Source of the DNA: Trichosphaerium sp. ATCC 40318
Taxonomy: Eukaryota; Protista; Tubulinea
Assembly (NCBI GenBank): GCA_038496445.1
Contig: JALMLS010000216.1
Coordinates: 310,001 to 374,000 of the forward strand
Direction: 5' to 3'
DNA length: 64,000 nt
Shown: one piece after another, positions 12,636 through 25,422 of the stretch
Position numbering within the stretch: position 1 is the first letter of the stretch
How the letters are laid out: each line of letters starts with the position of its first letter
Made by a program: the position numbers and the translations under genes
Notes under the pieces: generated by a model
Told to the model about the DNA's origin: nothing
Databases searched by the model: none
Seen by the model: the letters and a program-made list of their open reading frames with translations, nothing else

Positions 12636-13804
12636 TTAACCAGCAAGACTCTTCGTATATGATTTAATAGACATTATCAGCTCTTGAAACTGAGCTACTG
12701 ACCAACCGTTCTACAAAAACAATCAGACAAAGTACTTACAAACGGGAGCGTACAGTCACAAAACAGTCTTTTTGAAGCGCGGTACACGAAAAACGATTGT
12801 TGAAGCATTTCTTAGTGAACACATACAAGTCACTCTTTGCACCATACTTTTGACCCATAGTAACACGAGAAAGAGTAATAATACGTAAGTTATTAGAGAT
12901 CTTCTCGTCAATAGACATTCCACCCAGTGTTTTAGCACCCTCCGGGTAAACTAGCTTACCATCAAGCGATAACTGCGTTGCCAAGCTAAAAAAGAAACTC
13001 ACGTTAAAAAACACGAGAAAAACATGTTAAAAGCACTTACCATCCTACAGCAAATATATCGCAAGCATAAGTCCACCCTATGGTATGCACCTCCGTATGC
13101 ATAAATCCTAATGTACTTGGTCGTTTTTCAACAACGTCTTCATTGTAAACGATAGCGTGGCCAAAGTCAGCTATTTTTATGCTACCATCGTCCATAGCTA
13201 ATATATTTTCTCCTTTGATATCTCGATGAATAATACCTTGGCGATGAATATGGTATAGCCCTTTTAGAACCTCACCAACTACGTAACCAATAGCGCCCAA
13301 TTTTAGGTTGCATATCATGGTAACATCGCAAAAGGCCAAGGGCAAGACAATACACGCGCTGAAAAGGTTATTGCTGTAGTATGTAACGGGCACTAGAATA
13401 TTCTTATGAGAACAAGCAGTTTGAAGCTTAGCCTCTTGTTCCTGATTTCGTTAGTTTACAATTAGTGCATACTCGCTAAACGACGTACAAAGCTTGCAAT
13501 TGCACAAACTCGCTTTTGTTCATGCCTGTAAATACGCCCATCCATATATTTTATAGCAACACAGCTACCAGTTAAAGCGTCTTTCGCCTTTAGAACGTTT
13601 GCAGTTGCTCTTGTGCGACAAACTAAGCAAAAGAATAACATGTAGTCGCGCGCACCCTTTCGCAAGGACTGTTTGTACTTCGAAGCGATCACACATTCGC
13701 TGCTCCTTCTTCTCAACCTCGCGCGATGGTTCCTTTGCTATGAAGAACTTTCTCAAGCTCTTAGACACTTTAGTTTTGGCTTCTTTAAAGTGATGTTGAT
13801 TCAT
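12636..13804 (-). CDS. Divergent Ser/Thr protein kinase, paralog of 999-3025
   Basis: [22 protein letters not shown] and DIFAVGW motifs. It has the same intron after the AVG codons as the 999-3025 kinase. Confidence 0.85.
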
Positions 13805-14083
13805 TGCCACAGAGTTCGGACACTAAATAAAATGATCGTAGCATGTAGTTTTCATTTTGTTCAAAATAAGTTGCGTAGTAATTTTAACCACGCGGCAAAA
13901 TTTAAATTGTCTCCTTTCGTTTTGTCAATGCTAAAATATGAAAACGTCTACCCCTCTCAACAGCAGTACCAATGCACACCATGATTCGAGAGTAAAAACT
14001 AACATCACCGTGTATTTTATGAAACTTTATTCGTACATGATTGCTCGTTGCTTACAACGAGCTATTACAACCGTGTAATGGCT

Positions 14084-15692
<1,609 letters not shown>

Positions 15693-15940
15693 AGTAGATG
15701 TTGGTGTTATTGTTTTGTAAAAAAGTTTTGTACAAGGGAGAAAGAAATACTGAGACTTTAGTACGGAGATTATGCCGATATTAATCTATTTTCGGGAAGA
15801 GTACTGTCGTCTATTGGCTATGACACGCGGTACAATTAGCTTGGTGGTACAATTATTGTGTTTGCTTGCATTCTTTCTAAACAAGTCATTAAGCAACTAT
15901 TTTCCTTAATTCGGAGTGTTCCACATTCGATACGCCTCCA

Positions 15941-18900
15941 ATGGCTGCCAAGGTCAAGAAATCACGCTCTGCTACGTTAAGTAGTAAGAAGACCGTAAAA
16001 ACGCGTTATTCATACGTTCGACGCGATTACTACTGTATCCTACCCATTATCAATTCATCTAGCGTCAATAAAACTTCCTGAACCAAAACAAGATTTAACA
16101 GATAGGATAATTGTATTTGACTACCCTCGCAACGATGACGAGCTTCAAGAGATCGTAGAGTACGTTCAACTTGCGCGTTGTTTACAGAACATCACACTAA
16201 TAATCGAAGCTTATTGGAGGCAAAACACAAGGGATTCTACCTCGTCTTTAATTTGTAAGTGCTTTTTGAAAAAAAGGCCATTAAACCACGAGAAACACCT
16301 AACCAATCGTAGCTGTCAAGCAAAGTACAATTACGACCTCATACCAGAACCAGGTTCGCGTATTACTTGTTCAACCGAAAAACTTTACTCTTTTCACTGT
16401 TTGTTCCCTACGAACCCTTACACAAACTTACACGCAGTAATTAACAAAGTGTCTTTCTTGCGCGAATAGCTGTTTTTTTTTTTTTTGACATTAATTTAGT
16501 TGTTGAGTATCCCATTCACATAGACCAACCGCCAGCATTTTCGGTAATTTTAAGCTTCGTTCAACAGGTACAAAAAGGCCAAGTTAAATTTCAAATCGAA
16601 AAAAAAAAGTAGTTCGTTTTTTTGTTAATCTAAATGAACAACAGGCAGAAAGATGGTTAGAAGCAAACCCAAATAATATTATTGCAATCAATTGCAGAGG
16701 GCCATTATTGGTGAGCTACCGCGAGATTTAATATTATTACAAGCAGATCCAAAATCGTTCAGTTTTTAACTCATTAATTGCCTTTTTTTTTTTTTTGTGA
16801 TTTTTCTTTACAGTTTTCTTTTGTTTCAGAGTTGTTTTGGTGGCACATACTATCGATTTAATTAAATAATTTCTTTCTCGCTTATTTTCGCTTAGCAACG
16901 GTCTGGTGTGATGGCATGTTGCTTGTTAATGAAGATTGGACACTGTGCGACTGGAAATGAGGCTATGCAGCTATTTGCTCAGCGTATTCACGTGCGTGTG
17001 TATTAGTTTTTTTATTTTAACTTTTTATGGGATTGTGTTCACGTTCTGTTGTTCTTACTTGTATCAAATTAGCCTTTGGAAAACCCTTCACATATTCGAT
17101 ACATACGTTACTTTGCTAAATCAATGCTTGGTGTATTTTCCTCTGAAGACAATCAACGATTTTTACACATCAACAGAATTGTTATAAATGCTGTTCCAAA
17201 GTATAATATCTTTGGTGGATGCGGTATGATCTCTTTCACATTCTTTGTCACAACAAGTATTCTGAAGTTTGACGATTACCTAGAGCCTAAGTTTTCAATT
17301 TTCCAAAACAACAGACGCTTGTATTTCTCAAAAAGCCTTGGATTCACGCGAGGGAAGAAAGCGATTACATTCCAGTGTCGTGATGTTTCTGTATCAGCTG
17401 ATATTCGTGTCGAGTTCTATCATAGGAAACAAAGCAATGTAAGTGCTTTTATTAAAATAATATTGATCCACGTGTTGGTCACGTGAAAAGTTTTTTCTAA
17501 TTTCTTTGTAGATGATGTTTTGTTTTACTTTGAATACTCTTTGTGAACCGACAATTCTGTTATCGAATCGGTTGACGCTACAAAAAAGAGATTTAGACAA
17601 GGCTTGTACTGATGCAAAGCACTTTCATGCTACGTTCAAAGTAGACATTTATGCACGTGTTATTCTTTTTTTTTGTGTAATTTTGTTTTGATGTTATTTA
17701 CATTCTTTAGTTTAGGGATGTTGTCAATATACATCGGGATAGAGCAGCAACAGTTGACGTAATATTGATGTTATTGAATATATTCTCATTTTTTTTAAAG
17801 GCATCCGTTTACGACTCTACAGGAAGTAAAAAGAGTAGACGGACAAGAGCGATTAAAGAAAATTGGCAGGCTGATTCACCTGCACGACGAGCTTCAATAA
17901 CTTCTGGGTGAGTACAAAGTGTTTTTTTTTGAATTCTTACTAATAATTTAGTGCATATCCATCAGCTCCTCACCTTGCGCCAAACAAAGCCCCTAGTGGC
18001 AGATCAACACAACCGAAACCAAAATTAGATAATTCAAGAAGAGTAAGACGTAGTGTGTCAAATGTAGAGAGCTACCATAGAAGGTTCGTTACCTGAATAG
18101 TTTTATTGCTAACATGTATTTTAAGCCACAGCAAGAAGAGTCGTTGGGATGCTTTAGTGCGAGCTTTTTCTAAGAAACCTAAGGCAAAGACTTCGATTTG
18201 TGCCTTTTGTAAAGGCGCTATTTACACCACAGATATGTCTCTCGCTGTACGCTTCTAATTGAGCCTTTTTCTTGTTGTGGTACTGACATTTCCAAGGTCG
18301 CTCCTGGAATGCTTGCCCACTGGGACTGCTTGAAGTGCCACAAATGCGGAAGTACGCTTCACGGAGAAGAACATATACTCGTTTCAGGTACATTTAAAAG
18401 CGAAATCAGCAACATGGCTGACTTTACTTGCAGCTGGTGGTGCTACTTGCAGCAGATGCGAATGTGGTTTTTTCTTAAAATGTCCTGTCTGCAGGAAAAA
18501 AGTTTTAACCGATAGTTGTGGTGCCTTTGGTGATATTAGGTGCGTTTAGTATTTAGTTAGTGAATAAAGACTGACTGTTTGAATGATTCAAGGTGGCACG
18601 CAGATTGCATGAAATGCGTTGTATGTGATGCATCTTTGTACATGAATGAGTACAAAGTGCAACAAGGGCGCTTACATTGTTTGAATTGTGCTTGTACTAC
18701 TGGAAGGACAAACGACGATGAGAAGGATCACACATTAACACGTACGTTTATGAATTAGAAATATCCTTGTCAATACTCATCTTATGTTATAAACAGCGTC
18801 TCAGGAAGAGTTATTATTTACTATTTATGATAATCTTGCACGTGATTTTTTCTATAAGTTTCTAAAGGTACAGTGAAACGCTTTATATCATTTGAACGAG

Positions 18901-20864
18901 AAAAAAAAGTTTTTTTTGTTGCTGTGATTAAACAGGTACAATTTCTCAATTATTAATAATAATTATAGAGGACGTGGTGCGATGAGAATTTAGCGTTTTA
19001 TGAGGATGTAGAAAAGTATAAGGATTTGTGGAGTCATCCAAAGCGAAGGATCCAAAAAGCAAAAAATATTTGTGCAATGTATATAAGTCAGGGTAGTCCA
19101 AGGGTATGTTGCTGAGTTTTAACTTATTTTATTTGTGGCTTATGCTTTATTTTATAGCAAGTTAATATAGACGACGAACATAGACAATTCATCGCAGAAG
19201 CGTTGATTGGACAAGAAAAAGAATTAGAAATAGAATTTTTCTCAGTTGCTCAGTCTCGTGTTTTCAATCTATTGGACTTGGATAGTTTCCCAAAGTACCT
19301 ACACAGTCAAGAATATAGGGACTACCTTCTAGGTATGTGCCACTGGTATTGCAGTAACTTTTCTTTAACATGATGTAACAATAGCTGTCAAAAAGGTTTC
19401 AAAGAAAGATGACGGTTTACACATTATCCAACTCACAAAAGCAGTTGCAGTTGACCCTGATGGTGCGATCATAGCTCGTCACTTGATTAAAGTTTATAAT
19501 ACTCATGTTATGTATCGTAGGTAGACAACGTGCTGCTACATATGATAATTCTAGGAAATCTAATATTGTACCAGAAACAGATCCTACAGGTTCAATCTCT
19601 TCCACTTTTGTTTCTTGTTAATTCTTTTGTAGATCGTAGTCAGACTTTTGCACATTTGGAGGTAAAGAGATCCTCTAGTATGGATAGGGTCAGTTCTAAA
19701 CCGAAGCAAAGAGCCAGACAACCTCGTGCAGATAGACGTACGTTGAAATTTAAAACAAACTATACAAAAGATTTCTGACTTTTCTTTCAAGAATCACAAG
19801 CGAGCACGTCATCGGAGATGTTCTACAAAATGTTAGATAAATTAGAGCTCGATGTTGCTGCTATGCCAGATACACAAACTGCTGGTACTTCCCCGTCACC
19901 TGTAGCACGTCAGAGTGCAGCTGTGGATCTTGCAATGATGTCCCCAAAAAGAGCTTCCATTTCAAAGAAACCCAAAATAGAAGAACCTGTGGTTAAAGAG
20001 CGACTTTTTCAAGAATCACGTGGGAAGCCTGCTCCCATATTTGCAGATAAATCGAGAGTTAAACCAACAAGTAATTATAGAAAACAAGCTACCCCTATTA
20101 GCCCAAAGAAGCCTGCTTCAAATGGACCAAAGAACGTTTTGAGCGGACACGTTCGTGAGGCCAGTGCTGCGAACGCTTTTGGTATTTGTGCAGGATGTAG
20201 CCAGATGATTACTACTGCAAACGCTGGTCACGGTTATACGACTTATGATGGTAAAGTATACCACGCTAGATGTTTTACAATGCCTATATGCAATATTTGT
20301 TCCAAACCAATTGATACAAGTACGTTCGTTTAGTTTTTTTTCAAAAGTTTTCCACGTGAATATAAAAAAAAAAGGTCACGTGTTGTGATTTTCTCGGGCT
20401 GCTGTTGAAGGCAAATAAAACTGGAACTAAATATTATTTCGTTGCGAGTAATAATTTTTTGTTGGTTTTTGTTCTTTGCTGATTTTTTTTAAAGCTAGGG
20501 GTCACTTGAACTATAGCAGCGGTACTTATCACTCTGATTGTCTACGATGTAATGTTTGTAAGCGAGCATTACATGATGAACGATTTGTGGATAGAGGTAA
20601 AAGCTCAACAGTTGTCGGATTGAACTTACTTTTTGAGTAGGCAATGCATTTTTTTGTGTTTCTTGTTGGCAAGAAAAGCTTCATAAACACTGTCGTATTT
20701 GTATGACACCTATCAAAGGAAGGTTTATAACATATCAAGGACATACATACCATCCAACATGTTTCACATGCACATCATGTTCAAAACAGCTAGGAACATC
20801 AAACTTTTTTCTGCTTAATGACAAACCTGTTTGCCCCGGTTGTTTAAAGGCTGCTCGATTTTGA
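15941..20864 (+). CDS. Multidomain protein: PTEN/tensin-like phosphatase fold + C2 + LIM domains + RGS + LIM domains
   Basis: DLTDRIIVFDYP, PSHIRYIRYF and VSADIRVEFYH (PTEN/C2); HWDCLKCHKC and WHADCMKCVVC (LIM); ENLAFYEDVEKYK...QVNID...DSFPKYLHS (RGS); YHARCFT and YHPTCFTCTSC (LIM). Confidence 0.85.
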
Positions 20865-21424
20865 AACAAGCTTCGTATGGCAAGATAGCATGATTAAGAA
20901 AGAGAAAAAGAAACCGGAGAAGGAGTAAAAGAAAGGACAACAAAACCCTCCGCATCTCGATCAACACACGTGATGTTCTTGTTTTTTTTTGTTGTTGTAA
21001 GTAGATATCGTCTTTATTGTATTTATAAGTATCTGTAGTAATAAATAAATTTGTATTAGGAAGCCTTTGTATATTGATTTATTAAGGGTAAAATTTAGGA
21101 CGGAGTGATATCAGTGAGTGAGAGAACATGAACTCGAAAAACCATGCACAACTTTTCGCGAATTCGGTAGTTTCTTCTTCTGAGTTTTTAAAGACGCCCT
21201 TTTGTTTAACATTACAGGCAACAACTTGTTGTTTACTCAATCGAAGGTGGCTCTAATCGATATCGAAAAGTAGCGAACACCCTTCTTTGAACAGTTATTT
21301 TTCTGTTTAAGCTTCGCACCTTAGTATCATCAGTTGATACCCTAAACTATTTACCACTTGTCTGTATTAATACAATATTTACAAGACCTAATTTTGGATC
21401 CTTGCTGCTCTGTCTGGAAGTAAA

Positions 21425-22423
21425 ATGAACAAAGATACTGCATTCTTTGATGAGATTCCCATTGAGATTATCGTTATTATTCTAGAGTTTATGTCTGGTT
21501 TAACAATTAATTCAGTGGTACACGTATCTAAACTATTCGAGCACGTTGCAATAAACCACTTGGAATACCGCTCTAAAAGCAGGTATATTATCATTAAATC
21601 AATAAATAAGCTTAGAAAGCTATTCAAAACAGCGTATTTTCTCATGACAACCGAAAGGATTACGATAAGTATTCAATTCTCGCTTAAAAAGAACCAAATG
21701 AAGTACTTAAATGGTGTAAAAAGTATTGACTTTCGTTCTTGTAAGTCACTTACTGATAGTCATCTTGAGCGACTTGCTGGGATCCATAGTATTCTGCTAT
21801 GCAACCAAAAGAAACTATCAGATACAGGTGTTATGGCTTTGGCTGGAGTGCATACAATCAGTTTGAACGGATGTGACAGCTTGACAGATAATTGTGTTAT
21901 GGCTTTGGCTGGGGTTCATTCAATTGATTTAAGCTATTGTTACCAAGTGACAGATAAAAGTGTTAAAGCATTAGCAGGAGTGCATAAAATTAGTTTATGC
22001 ATGTGTTTTCATGTTACAGATGATGGTGTAAAAGCATTGGCTGGAGTTCATACAATTTGCTTGGCAGGTTGTTCGCTGATTACAGATGATGGCATTAAGT
22101 CATTAGGTGGTGTTTATACAATTGATTTAAACTTTTGTGAGAGGATAACAGATGCTGGTGTTAGAGCTTTGGCTGGTGTTCATGCAATTTGTCTTGATTA
22201 TACCAAGGTAACAGATGACGGTGTCAAAGCATTGGTAGGTGTTTGTACAATTAGCCTTCAAGGTACTGCAGTCACCGATGAGGGTGTCAACGCATTGGTT
22301 GGTGTTCATAGAATTGACTCTGAGAGAACTAAAGTGAGAGATGTATTCCAAAGAACAAGTTCATTGTGTTACTCCAAGGTAGTTTCATTCTCAAAAAACC
22401 CTGATGATGGTTGGTTTGTATAA
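21425..22423 (+). CDS. Intronless F-box/leucine-rich-repeat protein (332 aa)
   Basis: F-box-like FDEIPIEIIVIILEF followed by about 9 repeats of ALAGVHTIxLxxCxxITDxGVK. Confidence 0.9.
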   Translation: MNKDTAFFDEIPIEIIVIILEFMSGLTINSVVHVSKLFEHVAINHLEYRSKSRYIIIKSINKLRKLFKTAYFLMTTERITISIQFSLKKNQMKYLNGVKSIDFRSCKSLTDSHLERLAGIHSILLCNQKKLSDTGVMALAGVHTISLNGCDSLTDNCVMALAGVHSIDLSYCYQVTDKSVKALAGVHKISLCMCFHVTDDGVKALAGVHTICLAGCSLITDDGIKSLGGVYTIDLNFCERITDAGVRALAGVHAICLDYTKVTDDGVKALVGVCTISLQGTAVTDEGVNALVGVHRIDSERTKVRDVFQRTSSLCYSKVVSFSKNPDDGWFV

Positions 22424-23271
22424 GCAATAAAAGACCTAAACGCAATGTCACTTGCGTTTGTAGAGCTTCTAAGTTCTGTTGTGTAAGAACCTTCAACTGT
22501 CCACTATTCAGTTAAAACGTTGGGTAGAGTCACTATGTTACAGATAACTACTTCATTATCGTTATTTGTTCTAAAAACACAGCTTCTCTCCATTCAAATC
22601 TAACGCAATTAGTAATCGCCGATTTATCGCTCGAAATTAAGGAACGAGTCATTACTGCAGATTGATGAAGTTTGATTCTGAGCTTGCTACACCATTACAA
22701 TTAAGCAAGCGAGGCCTCCTTCTACAGCCTCCAATCCCTTACCTGTTTTGTTGCTAGTAATTTGGTGTCGCTCCAGCTCCACGTTTAGTATAAGCGCTCT
22801 TATAACATGTGAGCAGCGCATATAACTATCCACAAATATGGTCAAAGCGGTGTAAAATTGACAAACGTCAAATTCGCCTCATTGTGGTAGTTAACACGTG
22901 CTTGAATAATATTGCTTCTATTATACCACCTTTATAGGTATGTATTTGGTAGTTTTAATACCTTGACGTTAAAAGCAGTACACGTTATTCTTCTTGGTTC
23001 ATATTGAGTACACTTTTTTTTTAAAAAAATTGCAACATTTTATATGTAGTCGTTTGGAGGTATAGTTGAAAAACTGTATTTTGTACCTATGCCACATGTA
23101 TTACATAATGTACGTATCACTACAACATAACATATTTGTCAGTGTGTTCTACCTCACAACCCAGTACAATGTTGTTGCAATTGTTTCAATGAACGTAATT
23201 TTTTTTTCTTTTTCCCAACAATAAATTTAATTACTAGGCTGATAAATCATGTTCAACAGCACCCAATAAGT

Positions 23272-23466
23272 AACCTTCTCGGCCTTTTGGCTAAGATCAA
23301 GTGTAGTATCTGTTCTATTCAGTTTAATCTCTGAATGGGGGACGAATGTCCCCCACAAGATTAAGCGAATTTTTTCCGGGGGCAGGGGATTGTCGGACTG
23401 GCTTGCCTTTCCACCCCTGCAATGATCTGTCAGGCCTTACACTACCCGCCAGATGAGGTCAACCCC
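23272..23466 (+). ncRNA. U2: U2 spliceosomal snRNA
   Basis: CTTCTCGGCCTTTTGGCTAAGATCAAGTGTAGTATCTGTTCT 5' signature; stem IIa ATTCAG/CTGAAT; IIa loop TTAATCT complementary to AGATTAA (IIc); IIb TGGGGGAC/GTCCCCCA; U-rich Sm region; stems III and IV. Ends are +/- a few nt. Confidence 0.97.
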
Positions 23467-23493
23467 TTCTCTAAACATCAAAGAAAAACAATA

Positions 23494-23611
23494 ACCACCT
23501 TCAGACTGGGAAAGCACTCTCTGTTTTAGGGTATAAATTTACCAAAAAAATTTTACAAGTCAAAAATTTTGGTGATACTACACCTGATCTTAGCCAAAAC
23601 AAAAATCACAC
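23494..23611 (-). ncRNA. Candidate U2-like short RNA, or antisense element in the U2 3' trailer; left copy
   Basis: 23574-23599 is the reverse complement of U2 nt ~15-40 with 1 mismatch, flanked by predicted hairpins and Sm-like sites. Transcription is not demonstrated. Confidence 0.4.
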
Positions 23612-25082
23612 TTTTTCTTGTTTTCGTTTTCCAATCACGCCATTTCCCTTGGTATTTACACAACAAAGTCATTACGCCTCAAACACCTAGTTTATAGCCA
23701 TGAACTCTTTTAACTAATAGGGGTGTGTAAACACTTTGTGAAAGTAAGTTAATTTTACCTCTGCCGCTACCATCAACGAGAGTTTCTTTGAGTTCATGCG
23801 GTTCAAACAATCACACCAAAGTGCTCCTACTCCACTTGCGTTTCAGCTACATGGTTACCATGTTGACCACGTACCATTGATGTAAACGTATTTGTATTTA
23901 ATTGGTGTGCTCATTATGTGACGCAAGTTGCTAAGGACCAATCATATGAAATTGCATTGTACATGATTGATGTCACTATGAAAGGTTTGAAGACAACTAC
24001 TTTGTTGAAGCTCCTCAGAGGGCAGTACAAACACTAACTATCATGGCTTGCAAGTTTTCTAGCAACGCTGAGTTGGCAATGTATACAGTTTTCTGACAGC
24101 AACTGTATCTTTAGATGATGCTCGTTTATTGCCTATAGGAATGGAATGCATGAGAGCAACTATTCCATGAAAACGCTGATATGCCTTGGATGGAAGCTAT
24201 ATTTAAATCAAAACATACAACTCATTATGCTGATGGTTAAACTTCGACGGCAAGCTGGATATGGAGTTAAAAACATCTGAAGCATCTAAATTCAATTTGC
24301 TGCGTTTTCGTTTGACCTGAGATCGAGAAAATTGTAGTTTGCAATAGTTCCTTCCATTTATAAGATGTAGATGTGGTCGGGTCCCAGTCACAAAAATTTG
24401 TAGCCGTAAACCGACAGCCTGCTTTGTAGGAAACTCAGCAACAAAATCTGTAATCGGCTAAGATCTGATGGATTTGACACTTCTGACAGATCTTGCAATC
24501 TCACTTGTTAAATATGATCTACCCACACGGCTGTCTAGCGAACCCAACTGTTTTAAACCCACGCGATTTAACAAACTGACAGAAATTTATTATTTGCAAA
24601 TTGACGCCTAGATGCGTTTGCAAAGCCTACAGTAGCGTTGATAGTGTTTTGGAAGGTTTTCATGCTAATATCCCTGCTTTTCTGTTTGAATGCTGCGAGA
24701 GTGCTTCCGTTAGCGTAGGGTAGGCGTTAGTGTAGCGCTAGTAAGTTATACACGTGCGTTAAATTTTTTGAAGCAAACATACCGCAAACAGTGTTTGAGG
24801 CATTCATACCACCGTTCAGCAGTAATGAGCTAGTTTTGTAGCTATCAAACCATTTTAATTTGCTTTTAGCTCTTTGAAGAATAATGTTTGATCGTACCGT
24901 GTATGTAGGTAAACACTGCGATCATCTTGCCATGTGCCTACTGAAACTGACGTTAATCACTTAACGTACATAGACAGCAAACGAATAAAACTGATACTTG
25001 ACGGTAAACGTAGTGTTTTAAGTACGACGGGTTCTATTCTCAGCTTTGAAATGGCGTGATTGGAAAACGAAAACAAGAAAAA

Positions 25083-25200
25083 GTGTGATTTTTGTTTTGG
25101 CTAAGATCAGGTGTAGTATCACCAAAATTTTTGACTTGTAAAATTTTTTTGGTAAATTTATACCCTAAAACAGAGAGTGCTTTCCCAGTCTGAAGGTGGT
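25083..25200 (+). ncRNA. Candidate U2-like short RNA; right copy
   Basis: TTTTGGCTAAGATCAGGTGTAGTATC at 25095-25120, followed by AATTTTTG and AATTTTTTTGG Sm-like sites. Confidence 0.4.
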
Positions 25201-25227
25201 TATTGTTTTTCTTTGATGTTTAGAGAA

Positions 25228-25422
25228 GGGGTTGACCTCATCTGGCGGGTAGTGTAAGGCCTGACAGATCATTGCAGGGGTGGAAAGGCAAGCCAGTCCG
25301 ACAATCCCCTGCCCCCGGAAAAAATTCGCTTAATCTTGTGGGGGACATTCGTCCCCCATTCAGAGATTAAACTGAATAGAACAGATACTACACTTGATCT
25401 TAGCCAAAAGGCCGAGAAGGTT
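25228..25422 (-). ncRNA. U2: U2 spliceosomal snRNA (second, apparently identical copy)
   Basis: Reverse complement of 23272-23466. Confidence 0.97.

Larger units (their letters stand above)
23218..23646. repeat. Left arm of 429-bp inverted repeat (partner 25048-25476)
   Basis: Read against the reverse complement of 25048-25476; I found no mismatch by eye. Confidence 0.95.

Noticed and set aside
24457-24466. Third GGCTAAGATC match to U2, in the spacer
   Set aside because: Only 10 nt, lacks the branch-recognition sequence, and is compatible with chance.
23647-25047. Spacer of the inverted repeat as a transposase or cargo gene
   Set aside because: Only short broken frames; no catalytic motif, no consistent splice model and no target-site duplication.
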